From Tissierellia bacterium (GTDB taxonomy: Bacteria; Bacillota; Clostridia; Tissierellales; Peptoniphilaceae), in the NCBI GenBank assembly GCA_030537765.1, contig JAUNVH010000001.1, forward strand, positions 55,047 through 119,046: 64,000 nt of DNA. Direction: 5' to 3'. Below, one piece after another: positions 10,091 through 19,138 of the stretch (positions within the stretch are counted from its first letter, which is position 1; every line of letters begins with the position of its first letter). Under the pieces are notes generated by a model. The model ran no database searches, had not been told where the DNA came from, and saw only the letters and a list, made by a program, of their open reading frames with translations. A program made the position numbers and the translations under genes.

Positions 10091-10681
10091 CTACCGTCTT
10101 TCAAAATAATCATTAATCATATTAATTCCATATTCCCATAACTTAACTGAAGATTTTTTTAATATTTCCAGGCGTTTATAAATATCTTCTTTTTCTATAT
10201 TGTGTTCTGCCCAGCTCCCACCATTGTTAATATAATTTAGCACCATGGGTTGCAATCGATCTAAGCCATTTGCAAAAATTGAATCATTAGTTTCTTTATC
10301 TTCAAATTCATACCATAGTTTTTTAATCATATTAGAAGTTTCTAAGCTAGCCAATTCACAGAGTTTTTCACAAGCTTCTTCTTCTCTAATGCGTTGGTCT
10401 TTAATATTCTGTTTATCATATGCAAAGGTATCACCTGCATAGATTTCAATTAAATCGTGCACCAAAAGCATATTTATAACATTTGAAATATCGATTTCTA
10501 TTTCGCAATATTTAGATAAAACTAATGCATACATACATATGTGCCAAGAATGTTCTGCATCATTTTCGTTATTATTATTTGATGTATTATGAGTCATTCT
10601 ATAAGTGTTTTTCATCTTATCTATTTCAATTAAGAATTCAATATCTAAAATTAAATTTTTATTACGAGACAAATTATTCAT
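10091..10681 (-). CDS. HD-domain hydrolase (YfbR-like 5'-deoxynucleotidase family)
   Basis: Metal-binding motifs AEHSWH and LVHDLIEIYAGD. I set the start at ATG 10681, preceded by the SD AGGTGA; the ORF-track start (10726, TTG) lies inside the predicted promoter. Confidence 0.7.
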   Translation of the reverse strand: MNNLSRNKNLILDIEFLIEIDKMKNTYRMTHNTSNNNNENDAEHSWHICMYALVLSKYCEIEIDISNVINMLLVHDLIEIYAGDTFAYDKQNIKDQRIREEEACEKLCELASLETSNMIKKLWYEFEDKETNDSIFANGLDRLQPMVLNYINNGGSWAEHNIEKEDIYKRLEILKKSSVKLWEYGINMINDYFERR

Positions 10682-10697
10682 ATAATCACCTATAATT

Positions 10698-10726
10698 AGT
10701 ATATAAAAATTTCTGTATATAAGCAA
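10698..10726 (-). promoter_or_regulatory. Sigma-A type promoter for the HD-hydrolase operon
   Basis: Minus strand TTGCTT (10726-10721), 17-nt spacer, TATACT (10703-10698), directly after terminator T2 and about 17 nt upstream of the start codon. Confidence 0.5.
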
Positions 10727-10761
10727 TAAAAGAGCGAAAGATTAACGCTCGTCTTTCGCTC
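10725..10761 (-). terminator. Intrinsic terminator T2 (second terminator downstream of the B12 riboswitch)
   Basis: Minus strand GAGCGAAAGA-cgagcgttaa-TCTTTCGCTC followed by TTTTATTGC. Confidence 0.7.
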
Positions 10762-10830
10762 CGAAAACTTTTATCTGCCGTATATATGCACAATTGGAGG
10801 TTGTATAAAAATTTGGCAGATCTAGTAAAT

Positions 10831-10859
10831 AAAAAAACCTATATCCGATGGACATAGGT
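10831..10859 (-). terminator. Intrinsic terminator T1 (expression platform of the B12 riboswitch)
   Basis: Minus strand ACCTATGTCC-atc-GGATATAGGT (10 bp including one G-U, triloop) followed by TTTTTTT, about 14 nt downstream of the aptamer's 3' end. Confidence 0.7.
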
Positions 10860-10872
10860 AATCATTTTAATT

Positions 10873-11040
10873 GAAACCTGCATTTCCCACCGAAAGCTTG
10901 TTTGTATAATTGGTATCCTGGCTCAAGGCTGCCTACTTTCGCGTCTTCCCAATATAAATCAGTGACTTAAGCGATTTCGTTCCTATTACAGTAGCGGGGG
11001 CTGCACCGGAGTCTAACCGGTTTCCCAATGGTTTTTTATA
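10873..11040 (-). promoter_or_regulatory. Cobalamin (B12) riboswitch aptamer
   Basis: Minus strand: ATTGGGAAACCGGTTAGACTCCGGTGCAGCCCCCGCTACTGTAATAGG...AAGTCACTG...TGGGAAG...GAGCCAGGATACCAAT. This matches the conserved GGGAA / GGT..TCC / CCCGC.ACTGTAA core, the CACTG...GGGAAG motif and the B12 box (consensus AGCCAGGAGACC). Boundaries are approximate. Confidence 0.85.
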
Positions 11041-11052
11041 TTTACTAATTCC

Positions 11053-11080
11053 ATTATACCAAATTTCGATGAATTATCAA
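11053..11080 (-). promoter_or_regulatory. Sigma-A type promoter driving the B12 riboswitch
   Basis: Minus strand TTGATA (11080-11075), 16-nt spacer ending in TGg (extended -10), TATAAT (11058-11053). Begins about 12 nt after the pnp stop codon. Confidence 0.6.
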
Positions 11081-11092
11081 GATAATTAGAAA

Positions 11093-13198
11093 TTATTTTT
11101 TAGATTCCATTTCTTTTTCTCTATCTTTTATCAAAGCCTTATGAGATAAGCTAATTTTACCTTGATCGTCAATGCCTGTCACTTTAACTTCAATTCTGTC
11201 GCCGACTTTTAATACATCTTCAACCTTATTAATTCTCTTAGTAGAAATTTGTGAAATATGAAGCAGACCTTCAGTACCTTTAAAGAGTTCAACAAAAGCA
11301 CCAAAGTTCATTATTTTAACTACTTTTGCATTATATACTTCCCCAACTTGTGCTTCTTTGGTAATTTCTTCTATCATTGCTATAGCTTTATCTGCACTTT
11401 TTTTATCTTCAGCGACAATAAATATTTTACCATCATCCTCAATATCGATTTTCACATCTGTTGTTTCGATGATTTTATTTATAGTCTTGCCTCCGCCGCC
11501 AATTACTTCGCCGATTTTTTCTGGTTTAATATTAATAATAAATATTAATGGTGCGTATTTGGAAAGTTCAGCTCTTGGTTCAGATATAGTATCAGTTATA
11601 TTATCAAGGATTTGAAGTCTTGCAAGTCGAGCTTTCTCCAAAGCATCTTCTAAAACTCTCTTATCTATTCCATCGATTTTTATATCCATTTGAATAGCTG
11701 TTATTCCTTCTTTTGTTCCTGCGACTTTAAAATCCATATCACCTAAATGATCTTCTAATCCCTGAATATCAGTTAATATAGAAATATCATCATCTTCCTT
11801 AATTAAACCCATAGCAATGCCGGCAACTGGAGCTTTAATTGGTACTCCACCGTCCATCAATGCTAAAGTAGAACCACAGACACTCGCTTGAGATGATGAG
11901 CCATTTGAGCTTAAAACTTCAGACACGAGTCTAATTGTATATGGAAATTCTTCTTCAGAAGGAATTACAGGTAAAAGTGCTTTTTCTGCCAATGCTCCAT
12001 GTCCAATTTCTCGTCTGCCTGGGCTTCTCATAGGCCTAGTATCACCTACCGAAAATGGTGGGAAATTATAATGGTGGATATATCTCTTAGAATCTTCCTC
12101 GCCTAAATCGTCGACAACTTGAACATCGCTTGATGAGCCTAGTGTTAAGAGGGTCAATACTTGAGTTTCTCCTCTAGTAAACATTCCTGAACCATGTGTT
12201 CTTGGAATTAGCCCTGCATTCGATGTCAATTGTCTAATTTCGTCAAATTTTCTACCATCAGGTCTGATTTTATCTTTTGTAATTAATCTTCTAAACTCTT
12301 CACCTATAATCGCATCGATAGAATCAGAAATAAAAGAAATTTCTTCAGGGTATTCTTCGTCTAGACTTTCATGTATTTTTGCTTTCGCTAAATCTAGAGC
12401 TTCATTTCTTTTTGTTTTATCGACGATGCGCATTGCATTGACCAAATCATCTTTTCCGATTGTTTCAACCTTTTTGACAATATCATCAGAAGGCAAATGT
12501 AGTTTTACCTCCATTTTCTCTTTGCCTATATCTTCTTGAATATCTTTTATAAATTTACATATTTCTTTAATACTGTCTTGAGCAAAAAGAATTCCTTCTA
12601 ATACTTCTTTTTCATTTATAATATCTGCGCCAGCTTCCACCATCATAATAGCATTTTCAGTTCCAGAAACTACTAAATGCATTTTAGAATTTTCGCGTTG
12701 CTCGTTATTTGGATTTATAATATACTCTCCGTCAACTAAGCCTACTAAGACACTTGCAGTTGGGCCTGCAAATGGAATATCTGAAATTGAAAGTGCAATT
12801 GATGATCCAATCATTGCAATTATTTCTGGCGAACAATCAGGATCTACAGACAGTACTGATGCAATTATTTGAACGTCATTTCTGTATCCTTCTGGAAATA
12901 GTGGCCTTAAAGGCCTATCGATGAGACGCGAGTTTAATACGGCTTGTTCACTAGGTCTACCTTCTCTTTTTATAAATCCGCCAGGTATTTTTCCGACAGA
13001 ATAAGATTTTTCGACATAGTCTACACTAAGTGGAAAAAAATCTATTCCGGCTCTAGGCTCTTTAGAAGCGGTGGCAGTCACTAAAATCATGGTATCTCCA
13101 TATGTCAGTAAACAAGAGCCATTAGCTTGTCCAGCCATTTTTCCTATGTTCACATTTAAGTTCTTCCCCGCTAAATCAAAATTATAAACTTTCTCCAT
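11093..13198 (-). CDS. pnp: Polyribonucleotide nucleotidyltransferase (PNPase)
   Basis: 701 aa. Two RNase PH domains, a KH domain ([11 protein letters not shown]) and an S1 domain ([21 protein letters not shown]). Sits downstream of rpsO. Confidence 0.95.
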   Translation of the reverse strand: MEKVYNFDLAGKNLNVNIGKMAGQANGSCLLTYGDTMILVTATASKEPRAGIDFFPLSVDYVEKSYSVGKIPGGFIKREGRPSEQAVLNSRLIDRPLRPLFPEGYRNDVQIIASVLSVDPDCSPEIIAMIGSSIALSISDIPFAGPTASVLVGLVDGEYIINPNNEQRENSKMHLVVSGTENAIMMVEAGADIINEKEVLEGILFAQDSIKEICKFIKDIQEDIGKEKMEVKLHLPSDDIVKKVETIGKDDLVNAMRIVDKTKRNEALDLAKAKIHESLDEEYPEEISFISDSIDAIIGEEFRRLITKDKIRPDGRKFDEIRQLTSNAGLIPRTHGSGMFTRGETQVLTLLTLGSSSDVQVVDDLGEEDSKRYIHHYNFPPFSVGDTRPMRSPGRREIGHGALAEKALLPVIPSEEEFPYTIRLVSEVLSSNGSSSQASVCGSTLALMDGGVPIKAPVAGIAMGLIKEDDDISILTDIQGLEDHLGDMDFKVAGTKEGITAIQMDIKIDGIDKRVLEDALEKARLARLQILDNITDTISEPRAELSKYAPLIFIINIKPEKIGEVIGGGGKTINKIIETTDVKIDIEDDGKIFIVAEDKKSADKAIAMIEEITKEAQVGEVYNAKVVKIMNFGAFVELFKGTEGLLHISQISTKRINKVEDVLKVGDRIEVKVTGIDDQGKISLSHKALIKDREKEMESKK

Positions 13199-13223
13199 AC
13201 ATCCTCCTACAATTCATATATAC

Positions 13224-13251
13224 AATAAAAGAGTGGGATATCCCCCACTCT
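13224..13251 (-). terminator. rpsO terminator / pnp leader hairpin
   Basis: Minus strand AGAGTGGG-ggatat-CCCACTCT followed by TTTATTG, starting at the rpsO stop codon. The classic rpsO-pnp intergenic hairpin position. Confidence 0.75.
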
Positions 13252-13518
13252 TTAACCTCTGATTTTTAATCTTTCAATTAATGAACGATATCTTTCTATA
13301 TCTTTGCGTTCTAGATAGCGCATTAGATTTCTTCTCTTACCAACCATTTTTAATAGACCTCTTCTTGAGTGATGGTCATTTTTATGAGTCTTTAAATGTT
13401 CGGTTAGTGAATTGATGCGATGTGTTAAAATCGCAATTTGCACTTCTGGTGAACCAGTATCTTCGTCATTAATTTTGTACTCTTCAATTAGAGCTGCTTT
13501 TTCTTCTTTACTTATCAT
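13252..13518 (-). CDS. rpsO: 30S ribosomal protein S15
   Basis: [23 protein letters not shown] signature. I set the start at ATG 13518 (88 aa) because GGAGGA lies 7 nt upstream, inside the longer ORF-track call. Confidence 0.93.
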   Translation of the reverse strand: MISKEEKAALIEEYKINDEDTGSPEVQIAILTHRINSLTEHLKTHKNDHHSRRGLLKMVGKRRNLMRYLERKDIERYRSLIERLKIRG

Positions 13519-13599
13519 TTTTCTTTCCTCCATAAAATTTAATTTATCCGATATCTCAGTAGTCGCTGAGGTACGATATACGAAGAAATCGGTATATTT

Positions 13600-13609
13600 A
13601 TTATATCAT
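13600..13609 (-). promoter_or_regulatory. Extended -10 element of the probable rpsO promoter
   Basis: Minus strand aTGaTATAAT. The -35 region is weak (TTTTAA), so the call rests on the extended -10 only. Confidence 0.4.
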
Positions 13610-13632
13610 AGATTGATTAGATTTAAAATCTT

Positions 13633-14535
13633 TTATTTGCTCCATGCTAAAAGATCTGTTTTCATTTGTTTTATCAAATCAATACTATTTTCAAATTTAA
13701 TCATAGGTCTAATATAGTCTACGAAAAACAGATCTAAAATTTCACCATAAATAGTTTTATTAAAATTTAATATATGACTTTCTATTCTCAAATCAGATTC
13801 ATTAAAAGTAAGATTTCTTCCAACACTCGTTACTGCATTATAAAGCTTGTTTTCATATAGCACATGTGTTTTATATACACCTTCTTTAGGTATTAAAAAA
13901 TTATCTGATAGCTCTAAATTGGCCGTAGCAAAACCAAATTGCTTTCCAAAACCTTTTCCATGTACTACTTTTCCTCGAAGCATATATTCCCTACCTAACA
14001 TCTGATTTGCAAAACTTAAATTGCCCTTTGAAATAAGTTCCCTGATTTTAGTAGACGATATCTTTAAATTATCAATTTTAATATCGTCAATAATCTTAAC
14101 TTCTATTGCATTGTTTTTAGCAAATTTTTTCAAAAAATCAATATCGCCTCGTCTGTTTCTCCCAAATCTATAATCATTTCCAATTACAATATATTTAAGG
14201 CGCAATTTTTTGGTTAAAAGCTCTAAAAAATCTTTTGGCATCATCTGCATAATTTCATTATTAAAAGGAATAGTATAGATATTATTTATACCATAATTTT
14301 CAATTAAAGAGCATTTATATGAAAAAGGTGTCAATTCACGAAAAGTTTTATCATTCAATAAATTTGTGTGTTGATTAAATAATAAAACTGACGAAGAAAT
14401 AAAGTTTGCTTTTGAAAATTCAATAGCTTCTTTAATCAAAGCTTGATGTGCTAAATGCAAGCCATCAAAATTACCAAGTGCAATCGTTGTGTCGTGTCCT
14501 GTTTCGTTTAAATCTAATAAATTTACAATCTGCAT
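13633..14535 (-). CDS. ribF: Bifunctional riboflavin kinase / FMN adenylyltransferase
   Basis: 300 aa. N-terminal GNFDGLHLAHQ and C-terminal kinase motif GFATANLEL. truB-ribF order. Confidence 0.92.
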   Translation of the reverse strand: MQIVNLLDLNETGHDTTIALGNFDGLHLAHQALIKEAIEFSKANFISSSVLLFNQHTNLLNDKTFRELTPFSYKCSLIENYGINNIYTIPFNNEIMQMMPKDFLELLTKKLRLKYIVIGNDYRFGRNRRGDIDFLKKFAKNNAIEVKIIDDIKIDNLKISSTKIRELISKGNLSFANQMLGREYMLRGKVVHGKGFGKQFGFATANLELSDNFLIPKEGVYKTHVLYENKLYNAVTSVGRNLTFNESDLRIESHILNFNKTIYGEILDLFFVDYIRPMIKFENSIDLIKQMKTDLLAWSK

Positions 14536-14542
14536 TTCAACC

Positions 14543-15427
14543 TCATATAAATAATTTGTCTATTTTTAGTAAATATCCTTTTTGCGATTTACCTTTTATA
14601 CTCCCTATACCAATAAATAAATCTTTACAATAAACTCTGTACAGTTTATCATTATATTCCATATTATCATCAATTACGACAGTCATGCCATTAGTTATAT
14701 GTTTGAAATAAGAATTTTCTAATTGGATTTCTTTATAACTTTTAAAAACATAATCTATATCAAACAATTTATCTAAGATAATATTATCACTTTTTAATTC
14801 ATCAATTGTTATACAGTCTTCAATAGAAAAGCCTGAGTTATTTAAGCGCCTTAATTTAGTCATTGTGGCTATAGTATTTAAAGATTTAGCAATATCTCTT
14901 ATTAAGCTGCGTATATACGTGCCTTTACCGCAATGAATTTTTAATAAAGCCGTTTGATCTTTTTCATTAAAATCTATAATTTTTATATCTAGTATATTAA
15001 CCTTGGCGGCTTTTCTTTCTATAATTTGTCCTTCTCTTGCCAATTGATAGAGTCTTTTGCCATTATGCCTTTTTGCACTATACATTGGCGGAATTTGTTC
15101 AATTTCTCCTAAGAAATTTTTGATTGCGTCGTTAATTTGCGATACTTTTATGTGAGAATTTGACTTTGTAATAATTCTTCCCCAGATGTCTTCAGTGTCT
15201 GTAGCAATACCAAATTTCATTTCAGCCAAATAGACTTTATTTGAATCTTGCAAAAAAGATATGGCTTTTGTGGCCTTTCCAATACAAAGAACTAAAACTC
15301 CTGTTGCCATCGGATCTAAAGTTCCACTATGGCCAATTTTCTTTATTCCAAATTTTCTCATTGCTATATTTACAATATCGCGAGATGTAAAATCTTTTGG
15401 TTTATCTATCGGTAAAATTCCATGCAT
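14543..15427 (-). CDS. truB: tRNA pseudouridine(55) synthase
   Basis: Catalytic motif GHSGTLDPMATGVL. The likely start is ATG 15427 (MHGILPIDKP), which fits the family N-terminus better than the longer ORF. Confidence 0.92.
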   Translation of the reverse strand: MHGILPIDKPKDFTSRDIVNIAMRKFGIKKIGHSGTLDPMATGVLVLCIGKATKAISFLQDSNKVYLAEMKFGIATDTEDIWGRIITKSNSHIKVSQINDAIKNFLGEIEQIPPMYSAKRHNGKRLYQLAREGQIIERKAAKVNILDIKIIDFNEKDQTALLKIHCGKGTYIRSLIRDIAKSLNTIATMTKLRRLNNSGFSIEDCITIDELKSDNIILDKLFDIDYVFKSYKEIQLENSYFKHITNGMTVVIDDNMEYNDKLYRVYCKDLFIGIGSIKGKSQKGYLLKIDKLFI

Positions 15428-16397
15428 CTTTAGTTTCCTTATCAATTGATTTTAAAACTTTATCAATAACAAACTCTACATCGTGAGAATTTATATTGGC
15501 TCCTGCTGCTCTTATATGGCCGCCTCCTCCAAGTGTTTTTGCAATTAAAGAAGCATCTGCAAAAGTTTTTGTTCTAATGCTTAAATTATAACCCGAATCG
15601 GTTTCTTTTAATATTACACCAATTTCTACAGTCTCCAAATCGCGTAAAAACTGAACAATATTATCAGCTTCGGTATATTTAGCATTATAATTAGCATAAT
15701 CAGCTTTCGTAACATAAGTGATGCAGACCTTATTATCGTAAAAAAATCGCATTCTATTTAGAGCTACGGTTATAAGTTTCAATTCAGACAACTTCATGCT
15801 TTCGTATAAATTGTTACGAATTTTATCTAAATCAATTCCCATATCTAACAATTTGGCTGCTACCCTAAAGGTAGAAGCATGCGTTGATGAATATCTAAAA
15901 TTACCAGTATCTGTTGCAATTGCAATATAAATACATTCAGCGATTTCTTTGTTAATTGGCATTTGGGATTTTTCAAGCAGATTAAAGACCAATTCTCCTG
16001 TAGAAGAAGCATCATCTACTATATAATTTATATCACCAAACATCTCATTCGATTTGTGATGGTCTATGACTATAATCTTTTTTGCTATTTTTATAGCTTT
16101 ACCGTCATCTTTTAGCCTTTTAACTTCCGAAGAATCTAGACAAAATAGTAAGTCTAAACTCTCCGGATAAATTGTACTTTGCTCATCTAGATAAGGCATA
16201 AACTTTAGATTATCTGGATAATTGTCGTCAGTGAAGAACATTGCCTTTTTACCCATAAGCTGTAAAGATTTATATAATGCAATCATGCTACCTAGATTGT
16301 CTCCATCTGGATTTTTATGAGAAATCAAACCTATGCTATCGGCATTATTTATTTCTATTATGATATTATTAAATATTTTATTCATCATTTTTTTCAT
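15402..16397 (-). CDS. nrnA: DHH/DHHA1 phosphoesterase (NrnA-like oligoribonuclease / pAp phosphatase)
   Basis: HKNPDGDNLGS, VIDHHKSN and DHHA1 GGGGHIRAAG motifs. Sits between rbfA and truB as in many Firmicutes. Confidence 0.8.
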   Translation of the reverse strand: MKKMMNKIFNNIIIEINNADSIGLISHKNPDGDNLGSMIALYKSLQLMGKKAMFFTDDNYPDNLKFMPYLDEQSTIYPESLDLLFCLDSSEVKRLKDDGKAIKIAKKIIVIDHHKSNEMFGDINYIVDDASSTGELVFNLLEKSQMPINKEIAECIYIAIATDTGNFRYSSTHASTFRVAAKLLDMGIDLDKIRNNLYESMKLSELKLITVALNRMRFFYDNKVCITYVTKADYANYNAKYTEADNIVQFLRDLETVEIGVILKETDSGYNLSIRTKTFADASLIAKTLGGGGHIRAAGANINSHDVEFVIDKVLKSIDKETKDAWNFTDR

Positions 16398-16734
16398 TTA
16401 CTTCATCGATTAATTTAAATAAATTCATCGATTCCTCAATTGATTCGTCTTGAATAATATTTAAATCAGGAATGATTCGCAAATCAATATTTTTAGATAT
16501 TTGTCGTTTCAAAAATCCCTTTGCATTGTTCAGGCCTTCAATCGTATTAGCCTTTTCTTCTTCGTTACCCATAACAGAGATATAGATTTTGCAATAAGAA
16601 CCGTCATTACTTAACTCTACATTTGTAACGCTTGTAAGATTTGCAATTCTAGGATCTTTTAGATCATTTAAGATTGAAGACGCTATAACTTTTTTTATCT
16701 CTTCTGATATTCTAGCTGTTCTTTTTCTATCCAT
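16378..16734 (-). CDS. rbfA: Ribosome-binding factor A
   Basis: 118 aa directly downstream of infB, overlapping it. RISEEIKKVIASSI...DPRI pattern. Confidence 0.88.
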   Translation of the reverse strand: MDRKRTARISEEIKKVIASSILNDLKDPRIANLTSVTNVELSNDGSYCKIYISVMGNEEEKANTIEGLNNAKGFLKRQISKNIDLRIIPDLNIIQDESIEESMNLFKLIDEVNEKNDE

Positions 16735-19114
16735 TATATTCTTCCTCTTTCATAATATAGGCTTCCAATATATCTCCAACTTTTACATCATTAAAACTCT
16801 CTACTCCAATTCCTGCTTCATAACCTGCATTAATCTCACGCACATCATCTTTAAACCTACGCAAAGAAGATATAGCGCCATCGAATATAACATAATCATC
16901 TCTAAGAACTCTGATATTACTTTGTCTAGTTATCTTTCCATTTAAAACATATACACCAGCGATCACATTGCCACCAGGAATTTTGAATGTCTGACGTACT
17001 TCAGCACGACCAATCATTTCTTCGCTATATGTTGGAGCATGCATTCCCTTTACTGCTGCTTCTATATCATTTAATAAATCATAGATAATTCTATATGTTC
17101 TAACATCAATTTCTTCAGTCTTTGCAAGCTCTAAAGCATTATTATTAGGTCTAATATTAAATCCAATTACCAAAGCATTAGACGCCGATGCCAAAGTAAT
17201 ATCACTTTCTGATATACCACCAACTCCGTGATGTATAACATTGATTTTTACTTCATCAGTATTAAGTTTTTCTAGCGATTGGATAATAGCCTCAATTGTT
17301 CCTCTTACATCAGCTTTAAGAACAATGTTTAATTCTTTTAAATCGCCTTCTTTGATTCTTTCAAATAAATTGTCTAAGCTTACTTTTACATTGCTGCTTC
17401 TAAGTTGCATTTCTCTTTCGGCTAAGAAATTCTTTTCTGAAAATAATCTAGCTGTCTTTTCGTCTTTGAAGGCATATATAGGATCTCCAGCATTTGGCAC
17501 TTCAGACATTCCTTGAATCTCTACAGGTACTGAAGGACCAGCTTTTTTTATCTTTCTATTTTTATCATCAATCATGGAACGAATCTTACCACTACTAGAT
17601 CCAGAAGCTACAACATCTCCATCTTTGAGTGTACCTTTTTGAATTAAAACTGTAGCCAAAGGCCCCTTACCGATATCTAATTTAGCTTCAATAACAGTAC
17701 CTATTGCCAATCTATTAGGATTTGCTTTTAATTCTCCCATATCAGAAACTAAAATTATCATATCTAATAAATCGTCAATACCTTGTTTACTTTTAGCGCT
17801 TACATCGACTGTGACTGTATCTCCGCCCCAATCTTCAGGGACTAGACCGTGTTCAACAAGCTCTTGCTTTACTCTTTCTGGATTTGCTTCTGGCTTATCT
17901 ATTTTATTTATCGCCACAATTATTGGCACATTAGCAGCTTTCGCATGTGATATAGCTTCTATAGTCTGAGGCATAACTCCGTCATCAGCAGCAACTACTA
18001 ATATTGCGATATCAGTGATTTGCGCACCTCTAGAGCGCATCATAGTAAATGCTTCATGGCCTGGAGTGTCCAAAAATGTTATTTTCTTATCTCTGACATT
18101 GACCATATATGCGCCTATATGTTGGGTTATACCCCCTGCTTCACCAGCAGTTACTCTAGATGATTTTATTGCATCTAAAAGTGAAGTCTTTCCATGGTCT
18201 ACATGGCCCATAACAGTTACTACTGGAGGTCTTGGAAGTAAATCTTTTTCATCATCTGGCTTATCCAGATCAAACAAATCTTCGAGATCTTCTTCAACAG
18301 GTTCATTAATTACGACTTCTTTATCAAATTCGTCGGCAACTAATATCGCAACGTCTTTTTCAATCGACTCATTTTGATTTGCCATAATTCCAAGTCCTAT
18401 TAATTTCATAATAACTTGGCTTACTGGCTCTTCAATAATATCGGCGAATTCTTTTACTGATATTGGAGCATAAATTTCATATTTACCCTCTTCTATAAGA
18501 TTTGGATTCTGTTCTTTCTTTGGCTTTTTAACATGTTTGCCGATTGTTTTTTTGCTTAAGTCGCGAGTATATCGTGGCTTTTTCTCATCTTTTTTCATCT
18601 TGCTAATCTTTTCAGATTTCTTTTTTTGTTTTATATCCTTATCCATATCTTTTTGCTTAGATTTTTTAGACGCTTTACTCTTCTTAGTACTTTCAGAAGT
18701 TTTAATATCTTTTTCTTTTTTAGCTTTTTTCTTATTGCTTTTTTGTTTTTTCTCTTCCGCTATCTGCTTTTCTAATTTTTCTTTAGCGGCTCTTTCTTCA
18801 GCTTCTTTTAGTTTTCTAGATTCTTCTAATTCTTTTTCTCTAGCCCTTTGCTGCGCTTCTTTCTTTTCTCTTTCGATTCTCTCTTTTTCACGTCTTTCGT
18901 TTACAGTTTCAACAGGACTTTTCTTTCTAGGCGCAGGTTTCTTTTTAGTTTTCTTTGGCGCCGGTTTAAAGCTCTCTATAACTTTGTTGCAATCTTCTTC
19001 AGAGACCATAGACATTGGATTTTTTACCTCAATGTCTAATTCTCTCATTCTGTTTATAATATCTTTAGAACTAACTTTTAACTTCTTTGCAAGTTCGTGT
19101 ACTCTCTTTTTCAT
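16727..19114 (-). CDS. infB: Translation initiation factor IF-2
   Basis: 795 aa. K/E-rich N-terminal region, then GTPase motifs [20 protein letters not shown] and NKID. Confidence 0.96.
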   Translation of the reverse strand: MKKRVHELAKKLKVSSKDIINRMRELDIEVKNPMSMVSEEDCNKVIESFKPAPKKTKKKPAPRKKSPVETVNERREKERIEREKKEAQQRAREKELEESRKLKEAEERAAKEKLEKQIAEEKKQKSNKKKAKKEKDIKTSESTKKSKASKKSKQKDMDKDIKQKKKSEKISKMKKDEKKPRYTRDLSKKTIGKHVKKPKKEQNPNLIEEGKYEIYAPISVKEFADIIEEPVSQVIMKLIGLGIMANQNESIEKDVAILVADEFDKEVVINEPVEEDLEDLFDLDKPDDEKDLLPRPPVVTVMGHVDHGKTSLLDAIKSSRVTAGEAGGITQHIGAYMVNVRDKKITFLDTPGHEAFTMMRSRGAQITDIAILVVAADDGVMPQTIEAISHAKAANVPIIVAINKIDKPEANPERVKQELVEHGLVPEDWGGDTVTVDVSAKSKQGIDDLLDMIILVSDMGELKANPNRLAIGTVIEAKLDIGKGPLATVLIQKGTLKDGDVVASGSSSGKIRSMIDDKNRKIKKAGPSVPVEIQGMSEVPNAGDPIYAFKDEKTARLFSEKNFLAEREMQLRSSNVKVSLDNLFERIKEGDLKELNIVLKADVRGTIEAIIQSLEKLNTDEVKINVIHHGVGGISESDITLASASNALVIGFNIRPNNNALELAKTEEIDVRTYRIIYDLLNDIEAAVKGMHAPTYSEEMIGRAEVRQTFKIPGGNVIAGVYVLNGKITRQSNIRVLRDDYVIFDGAISSLRRFKDDVREINAGYEAGIGVESFNDVKVGDILEAYIMKEEEYNG

Positions 19115-19138
19115 TTAAACACCTCCACAAGGTGGTTA

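Noticed and set aside
10682-10726. N-terminal extension of the HD-hydrolase ORF (TTG 10726, MLIYRNFYILIIGDY...). The same kind of extension occurs for deoD, rpsO, rpsP, plsX, apt, tcdA, yceD, cdsA and truB.
   Set aside because: In each case a strong SD (GGAGG/AGGTGA type) lies inside the extension, 4-8 nt upstream of an internal ATG that matches the family N-terminus. For the HD gene the extension also covers the predicted promoter.
10762-10830. ANTAR-type dual hairpin (two hexaloops with A at position 1 and G at position 4), as in EutX/Rli55
   Set aside because: The hairpins present have a 7-nt CCUCCAA loop and a 10-nt T2 loop, so the ANTAR substrate pattern is not there. No eut genes or ANTAR regulator occur in the window.
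10786-10857. 23-codon plus-strand ORF (ATGCACAATTGGAGG...TAG), and a 35-codon TTG-initiated minus-strand ORF, in the riboswitch-terminator region
   Set aside because: Neither has a Shine-Dalgarno sequence at a usable distance. The minus-strand ORF runs through terminator T2 and the downstream promoter. The region is better explained as structured RNA.
18537-19118. 193-aa plus-strand ORF (and the nested 18848-19039 ORF) antisense to the 5' part of infB
   Set aside because: It mirrors the K/E-rich low-complexity N-terminal region of IF-2 and translates into an F/S/L-rich repeat. It has no SD or promoter. This is a typical shadow ORF in AT-rich DNA.
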